A stretch of DNA of 64,000 bases, taken from NCBI GenBank assembly GCA_004295085.1, contig SHNF01000006.1, positions 3,280-67,279 of the forward strand, written 5' to 3'. How positions within the stretch are numbered: the stretch's first letter is position 1; every line of letters begins with the position of its first letter. This document shows positions 1 through 10,121 of this stretch, one piece after another. The notes under the pieces are model-generated. The model saw nothing but the letters and a program-made list of their open reading frames with translations. It did no database searches and was not told the origin of the DNA. The position numbers and the translations under genes were made by a program. The DNA comes from Planctomycetota bacterium (GTDB lineage: Bacteria > Planctomycetota > UBA1135).

Positions 1-1806
1 GTGGAAGCCCTCGTGGCGCACCGTGTCGAGCCATTGCTGGGGATCGGGCTGGTTCCAGACCAGGAGCTGCTTGAGGGCGCTGCTGTACATGCCGGCGGTG
101 TTCTCCAACGGCACCGGCGAGATCTCGGCGACGTAGTCCAGGTAGCTGGCCTCGCCGCCGAAGGCGTACACGGTGAAGCGCCGCTGCTCCGTTTCGGCGA
201 CCGGCTGGAGGGTCTTGCAGTAGCCGCGGTAAGCGTCCTCGAGCGCGGCGGCGACCCGCTCGCAGGTCTTCTGGTCCGAGTTGGAGACGACGCTGTAGTG
301 GCGGGTGTTGAGGACGTGGATGCTGCCCCAGGCCGGGCCGCGCTCGGCCTTGACCAGCAGGCGCTCGAGCTGGGACAGGCGCGGGCTGGCCAGCGCGCGC
401 GCGTGCGCGGCCTCGATCGCACGGCGGGCGTCGGCGGGGCGCGCGTCCAGGAACAACCACCACGCCAGCTCCTCCGCCGGGAGCGGAGAACCGGGAAACT
501 GCTCGGCCAGGGACGCCAGGGCGGCGATGGTTTCCGGGCGCGAACGCAGCCCGGAGCGCAGGAGCACGCGCAGCACGTGCGCGGGCGCGAAGCCGGGATC
601 CGACTGGAGCACGCGCTGGCACTGCTCGAAGGCCGGCTCGACCTCGCCGAGGGCGGCGTGGAAGCGCGCCAGCAGCCAGGCGCGGGCGGCATCCGGAATG
701 GAGCCGGAGGCCAGCTTCGCCACGTAGTCGAGCCCGTCCTCGAAGTCGGCTTCGACGTAGAACTGCTCGACCTCGCGCAGGGCGTCGGGCGGCTGCGGCG
801 GCGCCGCGCCCGGGTAGTTCCAGGCCGCCGCGGGCGCTTCCGCGCCGCCGGCGCCTTCCAGGAGCCAGGCCGGCAGGTGCTCTTCGGCGCGGAAGCCGGC
901 CTCGAACTCGCGGTACGCGTCGGCCACGGCCTGGTCCAGGATGCCGTTCAGCCAGGAGGAGTGGGCGCGGCCCTGCAGCGTGATGTCCTTGAGCGCCCCG
1001 GTCTCGATGTTGACGAAGCCGACGCTGCCGACGGCGTCCTCGAGCTTGCGCGCGCGCAGGACGCGCTTGCCGTTGTAAGAGGCGATGATCTCGCTGTTGG
1101 TGACGGACACCTTGAGCGTGAACGCCTCGTGGGCTTGCGCCGGGGAGGGGTCCTTTTCCTCCTGCAGCGTCCACTCGCCGGCGTGGAACCGCCAGATGGA
1201 AGCCGGGACGTAGATGGGCCGGCCGCCGGGGCCCTGCCCCGACTGGAACCCGAACAGGATGGCGTAGCCGCTGCCGTAGTCGAGCTCGAGCTCGACCACG
1301 ACCGAGGGCGAGCCGCCGAAGCCGCCGGTGCGCACGTGGCGCGACGCGAACAGCACCGGGTAGCGCGTGCCGCGGACCTCGACCGAGTACGGGCCGTCGA
1401 AGGTGATCGGGTGGTAATAGAGTGGCTCGACGCCGCGCCCCAGCTCGTATTTCTGGAAATCCTCCAGGTCGGCCGCGGTGTAGCGCAGGTGCAGGACGCC
1501 GGTCCTGGAGTCGAACCGGAGGATCTCGCCCGAGATCAGCGTGCGCAAGTCCGGCTCCGGGCGCCCGCTCCAGAACAAGCAGCGCTTGACGTCCTCCTCG
1601 ATCTGCGCGCGCTTGACCCGGACGTAGGCGGCGCCTTCGTGCGCGCGCAGCAGGGCCTCCAGGCGGCTGCTCGCGGCCGGCCACTTGCGCTCTGTGACCA
1701 GGGCCTGCACGGCGTCCAGCTCGGCCAGGAACGCCGCCGCCGGGTCCACGGCCGCCTGGGCCTGGACCGCAGGGACCGCGACGCACAGCGCGAAGGCGAG
1801 CAGCAT
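1..1806 (-). CDS. Secreted protein whose 3' end lies outside the window. It has a signal peptide, a helical-repeat middle and a DUF1570-like putative metallopeptidase region.
   Basis: Not in the ORF track. Hand translation of the minus strand from ATG at 1806 gives MLLAFALCVAVPAVQAQAA... and stays open to position 1, ending ...QWLDTVRHEGFH (HExxH at the window edge). The listed 1..1863 + ORF is its Arg/Gly-rich antisense shadow. Confidence 0.7.
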   Translation of the reverse strand, partial: MLLAFALCVAVPAVQAQAAVDPAAAFLAELDAVQALVTERKWPAASSRLEALLRAHEGAAYVRVKRAQIEEDVKRCLFWSGRPEPDLRTLISGEILRFDSRTGVLHLRYTAADLEDFQKYELGRGVEPLYYHPITFDGPYSVEVRGTRYPVLFASRHVRTGGFGGSPSVVVELELDYGSGYAILFGFQSGQGPGGRPIYVPASIWRFHAGEWTLQEEKDPSPAQAHEAFTLKVSVTNSEIIASYNGKRVLRARKLEDAVGSVGFVNIETGALKDITLQGRAHSSWLNGILDQAVADAYREFEAGFRAEEHLPAWLLEGAGGAEAPAAAWNYPGAAPPQPPDALREVEQFYVEADFEDGLDYVAKLASGSIPDAARAWLLARFHAALGEVEPAFEQCQRVLQSDPGFAPAHVLRVLLRSGLRSRPETIAALASLAEQFPGSPLPAEELAWWLFLDARPADARRAIEAAHARALASPRLSQLERLLVKAERGPAWGSIHVLNTRHYSVVSNSDQKTCERVAAALEDAYRGYCKTLQPVAETEQRRFTVYAFGGEASYLDYVAEISPVPLENTAGMYSSALKQLLVWNQPDPQQWLDTVRHEGFH

Positions 1807-1875
1807 GGCCGGCGGAGCCGTGGGACGGCGGAACCGAGCCGGCCGCCGCCCCACCCACTCTAACGCGCTGGCGCG

Positions 1876-3288
1876 CTACTGCACGATCACGACGCGCGGC
1901 TCGGTCGGCGTGCGCGCGTGCTTGGCGTCCACCACGCCCTGGAAGAAATGGTGGAGGCCGCGCGGCGCCGTCGCCGGCACGCGGAAGCTGGCGCTGAAGC
2001 CGCCGGTGCCGGAGCCGGCCAGGCTCGGCGCCGGCCCGATGTCCAGCGCGACGCCCTGCAGCACCGCCGGCACGTCGTCGCTTGAGCGCAGCAGCAGCAC
2101 CAGCCCGCTGCCGCTCACCGTCACCAGGACGTTGCCGCCGGCCGACGGCGCGCTCTCGCTCACGCTGATGCTGCCGCCGTAGCCGGGCCCCGGCGTCACC
2201 ACGGGCAGGTTGTCGAACACCACGACTTCCTCGTTGCCCTGGCAGGTCACGTACAGCTTGCCGCCGAGGAACACAGCGTCATTGGGCTGGCTGTAGCCCT
2301 GTCCCACGCTGCCCAGGTGCGTGACCGACAGCTCCTTGAAGTTGACCATGTCCACCAGCACCAGGTCGTTGCCGGCCAGGTCGCACACGGCCAGGAGTTT
2401 TCCGTCCGGACTCAGGGCCAGGCCGTGCGCCGAGCCGCTGAAACCGGACAGGCGCAGGCTGCGCACGATCTCGCCGCCCGGCTCGACCAGGTACAGGCGG
2501 TTGTCGAAGAACACGCCGCCCAGGACCAGGCGCCCGTCCGCAAGGATCACCAGGTCGCTGCCGCCGGGGTACTGGAACTGCCCGGCGTGGTTCACGAACA
2601 CGCGCTCCCAGAAGAAGGGCAGCGCCCCGGTGCTCCATCCGGTCAGCCCGCCTTCCGAGCCGCTGAAGGTCGCATCGAAGCCGGTGGTCGGCACGAACAG
2701 CATGTTCCCCCGGTGCAGCATGCGGCCGCCGGTCTTCGGCCCCAGGTTGATGGACTCGGCCGCGTCGTAGCTCAGGCTGGCCAGGTCCACCGCGTGCACG
2801 TCGCCGCTGCCGTCCACGGTGCTCACGTACAGGCGCGCGCCGTCCTCCGCGGGCGTGACGCCGAACGGGTAGCAGGTGCCGAAGCCCAGGGGGTCCGGCA
2901 GCGCGACCGTCGCCACCACCTGGTTGCCGGCGTCCCACAGCGTCACCGACCCGCTGGAGGAGTTGGTCACCGCGCCGTAGCGAACGCCGCCGCCGCTGTC
3001 GTACACGAAGGCGACGTCCTCCGGGAACAATCCGACCGTGATCGTGCCGGTGACCGTGTCCGTGACCGGATCCACGATGGCCACCACGTTGTTGGCGCCG
3101 CCGAACAGGTCGCCGGCCACGCCCACGTACAGCTGGCCCGACACCGGCTCGACGCTGATGCCGAAGGGCCTGGCGGGGTTGCCGTTGCCCAGCCCGCTCA
3201 GGGAGATGTCGTGCAGGAACGACTGCGCGCCCACAGGCGCCGCGAGCAGGCCGGCGCTGGCGCACAGGCCGAGGATGCGAGAATTCAT
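1876..3288 (-). CDS. Secreted beta-propeller repeat protein (YVTN/NHL-like)
   Basis: 470-aa ORF with signal peptide MNSRILGLCASAGLLAAPVGAQS. Strand motifs recur (GQLYVGVAGD, ARLYVSTVDG, GKLYVTCQGN). TAG stop. Confidence 0.75.
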   Translation of the reverse strand: MNSRILGLCASAGLLAAPVGAQSFLHDISLSGLGNGNPARPFGISVEPVSGQLYVGVAGDLFGGANNVVAIVDPVTDTVTGTITVGLFPEDVAFVYDSGGGVRYGAVTNSSSGSVTLWDAGNQVVATVALPDPLGFGTCYPFGVTPAEDGARLYVSTVDGSGDVHAVDLASLSYDAAESINLGPKTGGRMLHRGNMLFVPTTGFDATFSGSEGGLTGWSTGALPFFWERVFVNHAGQFQYPGGSDLVILADGRLVLGGVFFDNRLYLVEPGGEIVRSLRLSGFSGSAHGLALSPDGKLLAVCDLAGNDLVLVDMVNFKELSVTHLGSVGQGYSQPNDAVFLGGKLYVTCQGNEEVVVFDNLPVVTPGPGYGGSISVSESAPSAGGNVLVTVSGSGLVLLLRSSDDVPAVLQGVALDIGPAPSLAGSGTGGFSASFRVPATAPRGLHHFFQGVVDAKHARTPTEPRVVIVQ

Positions 3289-3507
3289 TCCGACTCCGTC
3301 CGGGAGCTCCGCCCGGTTTGCAGGTCTGGCCGCACCCGGGCGAGGTTTTCCGACTCGCGCATCGTCCTACTGGCCGCGCCTTCCCAAGGGCGCCCGGGGA
3401 AGTCCGGGGCCCTCAGTGGCTCACGTGCGGCGTTCGTCCGCGCTCACGGCGGCGGGACCGTGGAGGACTTGCACCTCCTTCCCGTCGTCCGGATGCATGG
3501 CAGGGTG

Positions 3508-3533
3508 AAAGAACGGAGCCATGGGCGGCTCCG
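3508..3533 (-). terminator. Candidate intrinsic terminator after the OM barrel gene
   Basis: On the minus strand: CGGAGCC-gcccat-GGCTCCG (7-bp stem) followed by TTCTTT, about 25 nt after the stop at 3556. Confidence 0.35.
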
Positions 3534-3555
3534 GCTGCCCAATCTACCACGCCCG

Positions 3556-4281
3556 CTAGAAGGCGAACGAGATGCCGAAGAAAACGGCCACCAGGTCGGT
3601 GTTGACGTCGGCTTCCAGGCCGGAGGGAGGGAGGCCGGGAGGGTGCAGGGTGACGTCGGCTTCCGCGGCGGTGATGGTCTGCTCGGCGTAGATGCCGGTC
3701 TCGAAGGCCCAGTCATCCGCGATCAGGTAAGCCACGCCGGCGCTGCCGCCGATGCCGAAGTGCGTGCTGGCGCTGGTGTCGATGTTCTCCACCATGCCGC
3801 CGCCGTAGTCCACGGCCAGGTCGGCGTGGGTGTACGGGATGATCAGCCCGTGCAGGACCACGAACGGGCGCAGGCGCTGGGCGCCGGCCAGCGGACCGAA
3901 CCAGTAGCGGCTGAGCAGGTGCAGGCGCAGCGTCTCGATGTTGGAGGCGGTGATCGGCGTCCCCAGCGGCGCGATCGGGTCGGCGTCGGCATTGATGTAG
4001 CCTGCCAGCCCGCCGATGGTCCAGTTGTCCGCCAGGTAATACTCGTACTTGAAGTTGGCCGCGAACTTGATGTCCAGGTTGGAGCTGTCGGATCCGGTGG
4101 CGCCGGTGAGCACTCCGGAGGTGCCGAACACATCGAAGTGCGCGTTGTAGTCGCCGACGCCCTCGTCGAAGGTGACCACGTGGCTGCCGGCTTGCATATG
4201 GGACCAGGCCGGGTCGTTCAGGGCGCAGGAAACGAGCAACGGGGCCGAAACGAGCAGGATGCAGCGGGCGGCGCGGCGCAC
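3556..4281 (-). CDS. Outer-membrane beta-barrel lipoprotein
   Basis: Lipobox LLVSC near the N-terminus, an alternating aromatic/small residue strand pattern, and a C-terminal ...FFGISFAF ending in Phe, which is typical of OM barrels. Confidence 0.75.
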   Translation of the reverse strand: MRRAARCILLVSAPLLVSCALNDPAWSHMQAGSHVVTFDEGVGDYNAHFDVFGTSGVLTGATGSDSSNLDIKFAANFKYEYYLADNWTIGGLAGYINADADPIAPLGTPITASNIETLRLHLLSRYWFGPLAGAQRLRPFVVLHGLIIPYTHADLAVDYGGGMVENIDTSASTHFGIGGSAGVAYLIADDWAFETGIYAEQTITAAEADVTLHPPGLPPSGLEADVNTDLVAVFFGISFAF

Positions 4282-4364
4282 GGATTGCCTCGGGAGGTGG
4301 AAAGAAAGGAGTGGACGGAGCTGGGGTTCCGCTGGAAAACCCTAGCACCCTCCGGCGCCGGCGG

Positions 4365-4955
4365 CTAGCCGTCCACGCGGATCACGATGCCCTGGTAGAA
4401 GTCGAATTCCATCCAGTTCTCGGTCACCGGGTCCTCGTACGCCCATCGGAGCACGCCGGCGTCCTGCGGGAGCATGTAGTCGGGCACGCCGTAGCGGTCC
4501 AGGACCTGGTCCGTGGTCCAGTAGCGGTGCGCGCGATAGCGTGCGTCGTAATCCTGCTCGTACAGCGGCGCCAGGGCCGCGCGGTCCGGCTCCAGGGAGG
4601 TGTTGAAGACCGGAAGCGGCGCTTCCGGCGCCCCGGCGCGGGTCATCGACCCGCGCGCCAGCGCGCGCAGCTCTTGCAGGACCAGCGCCAGTTCCGGCGC
4701 CGGATCGGCCGGGGGGTTGAAGTCCCGGCGCTCGGCCGGAGCGGCGGCCAGCGCCGCCGCAAGCCGATCCATCGCCGCGGCCAGGCGCTGCAGCAGCTCC
4801 AGCTCCTCGGCGGAGCGGGTGGCCGCGACCGCGGGGGCCGGCACCGGCGGCGGCTGGCGCGCCGGAGCGAGCAGCGCCTGGCCGAGGACCCCGCCGGCGA
4901 CGCCGCCGAGAGCGAGGCAGCCGGCGTAGAGGAGCACCGGTGAGCGGGAGGCCAT
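4365..4955 (-). CDS. Hypothetical membrane-anchored protein
   Basis: 196-aa ORF with an N-terminal hydrophobic segment (VLLYAGCLALGGVAGGVLG), a Pro/Ala linker and a globular C-terminus (YWTTDQVLDRYGVPDYML...). No family recognised. Confidence 0.6.
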   Translation of the reverse strand: MASRSPVLLYAGCLALGGVAGGVLGQALLAPARQPPPVPAPAVAATRSAEELELLQRLAAAMDRLAAALAAAPAERRDFNPPADPAPELALVLQELRALARGSMTRAGAPEAPLPVFNTSLEPDRAALAPLYEQDYDARYRAHRYWTTDQVLDRYGVPDYMLPQDAGVLRWAYEDPVTENWMEFDFYQGIVIRVDG

Positions 4956-5012
4956 GCCTCCCGCTAGCTCGGGTGCACGGGACGGTTGCAGCCGCGCGCG
5001 CGGAACGGACGG

Positions 5013-7391
5013 CTAGCTGCCGGCCGGCTTCGCGATCCGGAACGCGTCGTCGGGGAGCTGGAGGCGCGTCTCCATCTGCTCCAGGAGGAAGACGGACTTG
5101 CCGGTGGCTTCGTCCTCGGCATCGATGCGGTGAGGGATGGCCAGTCCGTCCACGCTCCGGAAGTCCGAGTACCGGGTCGTCTCCGGGAGCTGGATCCCGA
5201 CGCCCGGGACCCGCTCCAGCGAGTCCTCGCGCAGCGTGTCCCCGGTTTCCGCGTCCACCCAGGCGGTGACCACGACGTCCTCGCCTGCGGACAGCCGGAC
5301 CACCCAGACCTTGCGCCCGTCCAGCTGGTCCGCGCGCAGCACGGCGATCGTGGCGAAGAACTGGCGCCAGTCGCCGATGGCGGCCGCCGGGTGCTCCACG
5401 CGCGCCTCCTCGAGGTAGGCGCCGGCCAGCTCCCGGTACGGCGACAGCGAGCTGGACGTGGCCGCCGTGCCGCGGTCGTAGCCGGCCTGGATGGTCGCGA
5501 ACGGCTCGAGGTCGATGTGCAGGGCCGAGCGGTCGCTGCCGGAGCCCAGCAGCGTCATCGTGCCTTCGACTCCCATGTTCAGCAGGCGCAGCTTGCCGCG
5601 AATCCGGAAGGTACCAAGCTTGGCCAGCGCGTCCCGGCGCGCGTCCGAGCGGCGCAGCGCGTGCAGGGCGTCGAGCGTGATCAGGGCGGGCGCGTCCGCG
5701 CCGGCCACGCGCGGGCAGTTGCGCTCGCTCCCGCGCTCGTAGAAGGTCAGCCCGGTGACCGTGCCGGCGGCGTCCTCCTCGAACTTCACGGCCAGCTCGG
5801 CGTTGACCCGGAACAGGCGCCTGCCCTCCGCGTCGGGCTTGTGCAGCTCGCACACCATCTGCCGCGGGACGTCCACGGCCAGGCGGTTGTTGCGGACCAG
5901 CACCGTCAGCTCCTCCTTCAGGTCCGGATCGTGGTACCTGCCGAGGTAGCGCCGGGCTTCCTCCAGGTCGATCTCCGCCGGCGCCGTGTAGCCCTCGCGC
6001 GGCACCTCGAAGGTCATGCCGCCCTGGAACATCGTCATCCCGATGACCGCGCCCTGGGCGTCGCGTTCGAAGGACACGGCGATCGCGTCCGTCAGCTCGA
6101 ACACCCACTTGCCGTCGGCGCCGGCTTCCTTGAGCGCGAACACCATCTGGCCGGGCACGTCCACGGCCAGCTTGCCGTGCTGCTCCAGCACGGTGAACTT
6201 CGCGTCCTGGAAGTGCGCGAAGTTGGCGACGTAGGTGCCGAGGTACGGGCTGTGGTCGCTCGCGGCCGGCGCCTCCGCCGCGGGATCCGCGAGCAGCGCG
6301 TTCCACACCATCTCCATCGACGTGCCCTGCAGCGGCGTCGCCGTGACGTTGGTCAGCAGCACGAAGCCGACGCCGGATTCCGGCAGCAGCGCCACCTGGG
6401 CGCCGAAGCCGTCGATGTTGCCGCCGTGCTCGACCACCGGCTGTCCGTTCCAGGTGCGCAGGAACCAGCCCAGGCCGTAACCGATGCCGCCCTCCACGTC
6501 GATCTGGCGGGTCCAGGTCTCGCCGTGCGCGGCCGCGCTCACCAGCCTCTTGCCGGCAATCGCGCCCCGACCGAGCTGGAAGCGCAGCCACTGCGCCATG
6601 TCGAGCACGTGCGAGTTGATGGCGCCGGCCGGAGCCATGTTGTCGACGCCGCGCATGGGCTGGTGCTCGAAGCGCTGGCGGTCCTCGTCCCACACGTAGC
6701 CGAGGGCCAGCCGTTCGTCCTCCTGCGCCGCGCTCACCGAGACGCTGGTGTCGCGCATGCCCAGCGGATCGAGGATGCGCTGTCGCAGGAGCTGCGGCCA
6801 GGGCGTGCCGGCGACCTGCGCGCTGGCCTGCCCGGCGGCCAGATACATGATGTTGTTGTACTGGAACTTCGTGCGGAAACCGGTCCAGGGCTCGGCCTTC
6901 ACGACGGTGGCCAGGATGGTGGCCGCGTCGGCCTTGCCGCTGGCCCACAGCAGGTCGGCGCGCGCGAAGCCGGTGCGGTGGCTCAGCAGGTCGCGGAAGG
7001 TCACCTGCGCCCCCTCTTCCGGCGTGCGGATGTGCAGCACGAATTCCGGCAGGACCTTCGTGACCGGGTCGTCCCAGGCCAGCTTGCCCTCGTCCACCAG
7101 CATGGCCACCAGCGTGGCTGTGAAGGCCTTGGTGGAGGAGCCGATGGCGAACAAGGTGTCCGGGGTGACTGGACGCTGCTGCTCGATGTCGGCCAGGCCG
7201 AATCCCTTGGCGAAGATGACCTGGTCGTCCTTCACGACGGCGATGGCCAGGCCGGGAACGTGCAACTCCTCGCGGCTCTGCTCGAGCCTGTGCTCGAGGC
7301 TGGCGAGGCGGTCGGCGAGGCCGGGTTCCTGGGCCGCGAGAAGGCCGGCCGACAGGATCAGAAAGAGAGCGGGCGTGGCGATGCGATTCAC
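5013..7391 (-). CDS. Secreted serine hydrolase, beta-lactamase/PBP-related fold, with a large C-terminal extension
   Basis: Signal peptide, SxxK motif (GSSTKAF) and YxN motif (FQYNNIMY). 792 aa. Confidence 0.85.
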   Translation of the reverse strand: MNRIATPALFLILSAGLLAAQEPGLADRLASLEHRLEQSREELHVPGLAIAVVKDDQVIFAKGFGLADIEQQRPVTPDTLFAIGSSTKAFTATLVAMLVDEGKLAWDDPVTKVLPEFVLHIRTPEEGAQVTFRDLLSHRTGFARADLLWASGKADAATILATVVKAEPWTGFRTKFQYNNIMYLAAGQASAQVAGTPWPQLLRQRILDPLGMRDTSVSVSAAQEDERLALGYVWDEDRQRFEHQPMRGVDNMAPAGAINSHVLDMAQWLRFQLGRGAIAGKRLVSAAAHGETWTRQIDVEGGIGYGLGWFLRTWNGQPVVEHGGNIDGFGAQVALLPESGVGFVLLTNVTATPLQGTSMEMVWNALLADPAAEAPAASDHSPYLGTYVANFAHFQDAKFTVLEQHGKLAVDVPGQMVFALKEAGADGKWVFELTDAIAVSFERDAQGAVIGMTMFQGGMTFEVPREGYTAPAEIDLEEARRYLGRYHDPDLKEELTVLVRNNRLAVDVPRQMVCELHKPDAEGRRLFRVNAELAVKFEEDAAGTVTGLTFYERGSERNCPRVAGADAPALITLDALHALRRSDARRDALAKLGTFRIRGKLRLLNMGVEGTMTLLGSGSDRSALHIDLEPFATIQAGYDRGTAATSSSLSPYRELAGAYLEEARVEHPAAAIGDWRQFFATIAVLRADQLDGRKVWVVRLSAGEDVVVTAWVDAETGDTLREDSLERVPGVGIQLPETTRYSDFRSVDGLAIPHRIDAEDEATGKSVFLLEQMETRLQLPDDAFRIAKPAGS

Positions 7392-7475
7392 GGAGAGTCC
7401 TGGGGATGCCGGCCGCCGCGCCCATTATCGCGTTTCCGCTCCCCGCGGGAAGCCCCGGACCGGCCGGAATACGCC

Positions 7476-8831
7476 TCAGGGCGCGTAGCCGTTGACGCCG
7501 CCGTCCTCTGCGCCGTCGAACCAGGAGTCGAGCAGCTCGAACCAGTTCTCGACGACGCCGTTGCCCGGCGTGGCGCCGTCGCGGCTCCAGGCCCAGGAGC
7601 CGGCGACCTCGCCGCGATCCTCGAGGGCCGCCGGGCCGTACCAGCGGTACTGCTTCCACACCGGAGCCTTGGACAGCAGGCCGCTGCGCACGCGCGCGTC
7701 GCCGTCGGGGAAGGACACGAACAACCCGTTGCGGCCGGGCTGGAAGCCGGGATAGCCGCTCATGCCGAAGGAGGCGATCACCAGCGCGTCCACGGCCTCC
7801 AGCGCCGCGCCGGCGGCCGCACGCGCCTCCCCGGGCAGCGCTTCCGCGCCTGCGGCGCGCTGCAGCAGGTCATAGAGGTCCACGTACGCGGTCTCGCTGC
7901 GCAAGTCTCCGCCCACGTAGTCGAGGCACTGGTCGCGCAGGCTCTCCATCGGCTCGCGCGCGGCCGGCACCCGCCCCAGCGCCGCCGCGAACGCGTCCAC
8001 GGCCGCCTTGACCGCGGCGGCAGTTCGCAGGTCGTAGGCGGCCGCGGCCTCCTCGCTGCCCTCGTCCGGATGCTCGGCCGCCGCGGCCCGGCGGCCCTCT
8101 TCGCCGGCTTCCACGGCGCGCAAGGCGAAGTCCAGAGGCGTGATCTCCGCGGCCGGGTGCAGGCGCGAGAAGATGCGGCGCCAGTCGAGCGGCGGTCCGG
8201 CGTTGGGGATGGCCACCAGGTAGTCGGCGGAGAAGCCGCCGTTGCCCGGCCGCCACTGGTACGCGATCTCGACGCCGCCCATGTTGCACAGCTCGAGCGC
8301 CATGACGTCCACGGCTGCGGCGGCGGACACCGCCTGCGTGAGCTGGGCGATGCCCATGGCGCGGCGGCTCTGCTGGTCCGGGCACATGGTGATGCCGTTG
8401 GCGTGCCCGTAGATGACGAGCGCGGTGTGCCGTGCCGGAAAATGCGCCTTGCCGTAGCGCAGGAAACGCCCGAGCGTGTCCGGATCGGCCGAATCGGCCT
8501 CCCATTCCCGGTCCAGGCGCGCCTGCGGCAGCTCGGCGCCGCCGTGCAGGCGCTCCGCCGTGTGCCGGCGGATCCGGTACAGGCGCGCGCCGGTGAAGTC
8601 CTCGCCCAGGCTGTCCGCATCCTTGGAGTGGCCGGCGTGGCGGTCCATGAACAGGATCACCTGCCATCCGGGATCGTCGCCGATCGCCTCGCGCACGTCC
8701 GCCAGCCAGTGGAACATGTGTCCGTCGGCGTCGTTGTCGGCGGCGCCGTAGATCAGGAGGGTCCAGGGCTGCTGGGGCGGCTCTCCGGCCGGGACCTGGG
8801 CCGCCGCGGACAGCGCCAGCGCCGCGATCAC
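7476..8831 (-). CDS. Clostripain-like (C11 family) cysteine peptidase
   Basis: WTLLIYGAADNDAD, His region ALVIYGHANG and Cys region ALELCNMGG. The listed ORF 7476..9491 has a junk N-terminus. I place the start at GTG 8831, which overlaps the upstream TGA (GTGA). The start is uncertain. Confidence 0.7.
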   Translation of the reverse strand: MIAALALSAAAQVPAGEPPQQPWTLLIYGAADNDADGHMFHWLADVREAIGDDPGWQVILFMDRHAGHSKDADSLGEDFTGARLYRIRRHTAERLHGGAELPQARLDREWEADSADPDTLGRFLRYGKAHFPARHTALVIYGHANGITMCPDQQSRRAMGIAQLTQAVSAAAAVDVMALELCNMGGVEIAYQWRPGNGGFSADYLVAIPNAGPPLDWRRIFSRLHPAAEITPLDFALRAVEAGEEGRRAAAAEHPDEGSEEAAAAYDLRTAAAVKAAVDAFAAALGRVPAAREPMESLRDQCLDYVGGDLRSETAYVDLYDLLQRAAGAEALPGEARAAAGAALEAVDALVIASFGMSGYPGFQPGRNGLFVSFPDGDARVRSGLLSKAPVWKQYRWYGPAALEDRGEVAGSWAWSRDGATPGNGVVENWFELLDSWFDGAEDGGVNGYAP

Positions 8832-10096
8832 CGCTTTTCCGCCTTCCAGGCCGCCAGCAACTCCTGCTCGCGCTCCGGGGCTGGGCCGGCGCGCAGCGCC
8901 GCCGGATCGCCGGTGCGCGGCGCGTCCTGGCCCTTGGCCTTGGCGTCGGCGATCATCTGCTCGGTCACGCGTTTGCGGCGCTCGATCTCGGCGGGGAACC
9001 AGGCCAGGAGGCCCTCGATCGTGTCGCGCACCGGGCGGAAGCGCAATCCTGCCTTCTTGGCGCGGTCGTTGCTCCACTGGTGAAAGCCGGCGTACTCGCC
9101 GGTGGGCGGCACCCAGATCGGGAAGAAGTCCTCGCCGGCGTGCTCCGTCAGCCACTCGGCGGGGACCCAGGTGAGGGTGGCCTTGCCGCCCGAGGCCTGG
9201 ACACAGGCCTGCAGCGTCTCGCCCCATTTCGCGGGCTGCGCCGGGCCGACGGCATTGAAGGTTCCGGCGGTTCCGTCCTCGGCCAGCTTCACCAGCCATT
9301 CGGCCAGGTCGCGCACGTCGATCCACTGCACCGGATCTGCGGCCGCGCCCGGCGCCAGCACCTCGCCGCCGCGCTGCACGCGCACCGGCCAGTAGGTGAA
9401 GCGGTCGGTCGGGTCGCCGGGCCCCACGATGTATCCGGGGCGCACGATCGCGGCCTTGCCCGGGAATGCGGCCTGCGCCGCCTGCTCGCACAGCGCCTTC
9501 AGGCCGCCATAGTGCTCGGAGTTAGGCCCCATGGTCTCCACCGCGGGGTCCGCGAGCGTCGCCACGGGCATGCCCTCGTCCGCGCCGGGCTTGTCGTTGC
9601 TGGCGTAGGCCGAGATGCTGGAGATGAAGATGTACATTCCGGCGTTCTTCGCCAGCAGCTCGGCCGAGGCCTTGACCATGCGCGGGTAGTAGCCGGAATT
9701 GTCGATGACGACGTCGAACTTCTTCCCCTCCAGTTGTTCCAGCCCCTTGGGCGAGGCGTCGGGACGCAGCAGCTTGCCGTCCGGCCCGCGCTCGTCGTCG
9801 GCCGGCAGCAGCGGGTCGCGGTTGCCGTACAGGTGCTCCACCTCGCGGTACTCGAAGGGAATGCGCTTCTCGGTCTTGCCGCGGTTGAACACGGTCACGT
9901 GGTGGCCGCGCGCGAGCGCCGCCTCGACCGTCTTCGGCCCGAGGAACCCGGTGCCGCCCAGGATCAGGATGCGCCGGCCGGCCGAGCGCGGTGCGCCGAA
10001 CAGCGGCGACAGATTTGTCGCGGTGACAGCGGCGCTCGCGGTGGCGAGGGTTTGACCAAGGAATCTGCGGCGGCTCTGGGACATGCGCGGCTCCAT
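8828..10096 (-). CDS. TAT-exported NAD(P)-dependent epimerase/dehydratase-family (SDR) protein
   Basis: Twin-arginine signal SRRRFLGQTLATASAAV followed by a Rossmann motif ILILGGTGFLG. Confidence 0.85.
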   Translation of the reverse strand: MEPRMSQSRRRFLGQTLATASAAVTATNLSPLFGAPRSAGRRILILGGTGFLGPKTVEAALARGHHVTVFNRGKTEKRIPFEYREVEHLYGNRDPLLPADDERGPDGKLLRPDASPKGLEQLEGKKFDVVIDNSGYYPRMVKASAELLAKNAGMYIFISSISAYASNDKPGADEGMPVATLADPAVETMGPNSEHYGGLKALCEQAAQAAFPGKAAIVRPGYIVGPGDPTDRFTYWPVRVQRGGEVLAPGAAADPVQWIDVRDLAEWLVKLAEDGTAGTFNAVGPAQPAKWGETLQACVQASGGKATLTWVPAEWLTEHAGEDFFPIWVPPTGEYAGFHQWSNDRAKKAGLRFRPVRDTIEGLLAWFPAEIERRKRVTEQMIADAKAKGQDAPRTGDPAALRAGPAPEREQELLAAWKAEKR

Positions 10097-10121
10097 GCGA
10101 GGAGTATGACCAGCCCGCCCT

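Noticed and set aside
4342-9083. Very long ORFs 4342..7659 (-, 1105 aa) and 4986..9083 (+, 1365 aa). Similar giants occur elsewhere: 2317..4368, 10152..11897, 28338..31238, 34211..37345, 36106..39114, 39344..41650, 41197..43197, 46583..50065 and 13511..15301.
   Set aside because: Their translations are monotonous Arg/Ala/Gly/Pro/His strings. They overlap, in another frame or strand, ORFs with clear motifs (beta-lactamase fold, ActP, tricorn, kinases, rSAM, RhlE). These are typical shadow ORFs of a >70% G+C genome.
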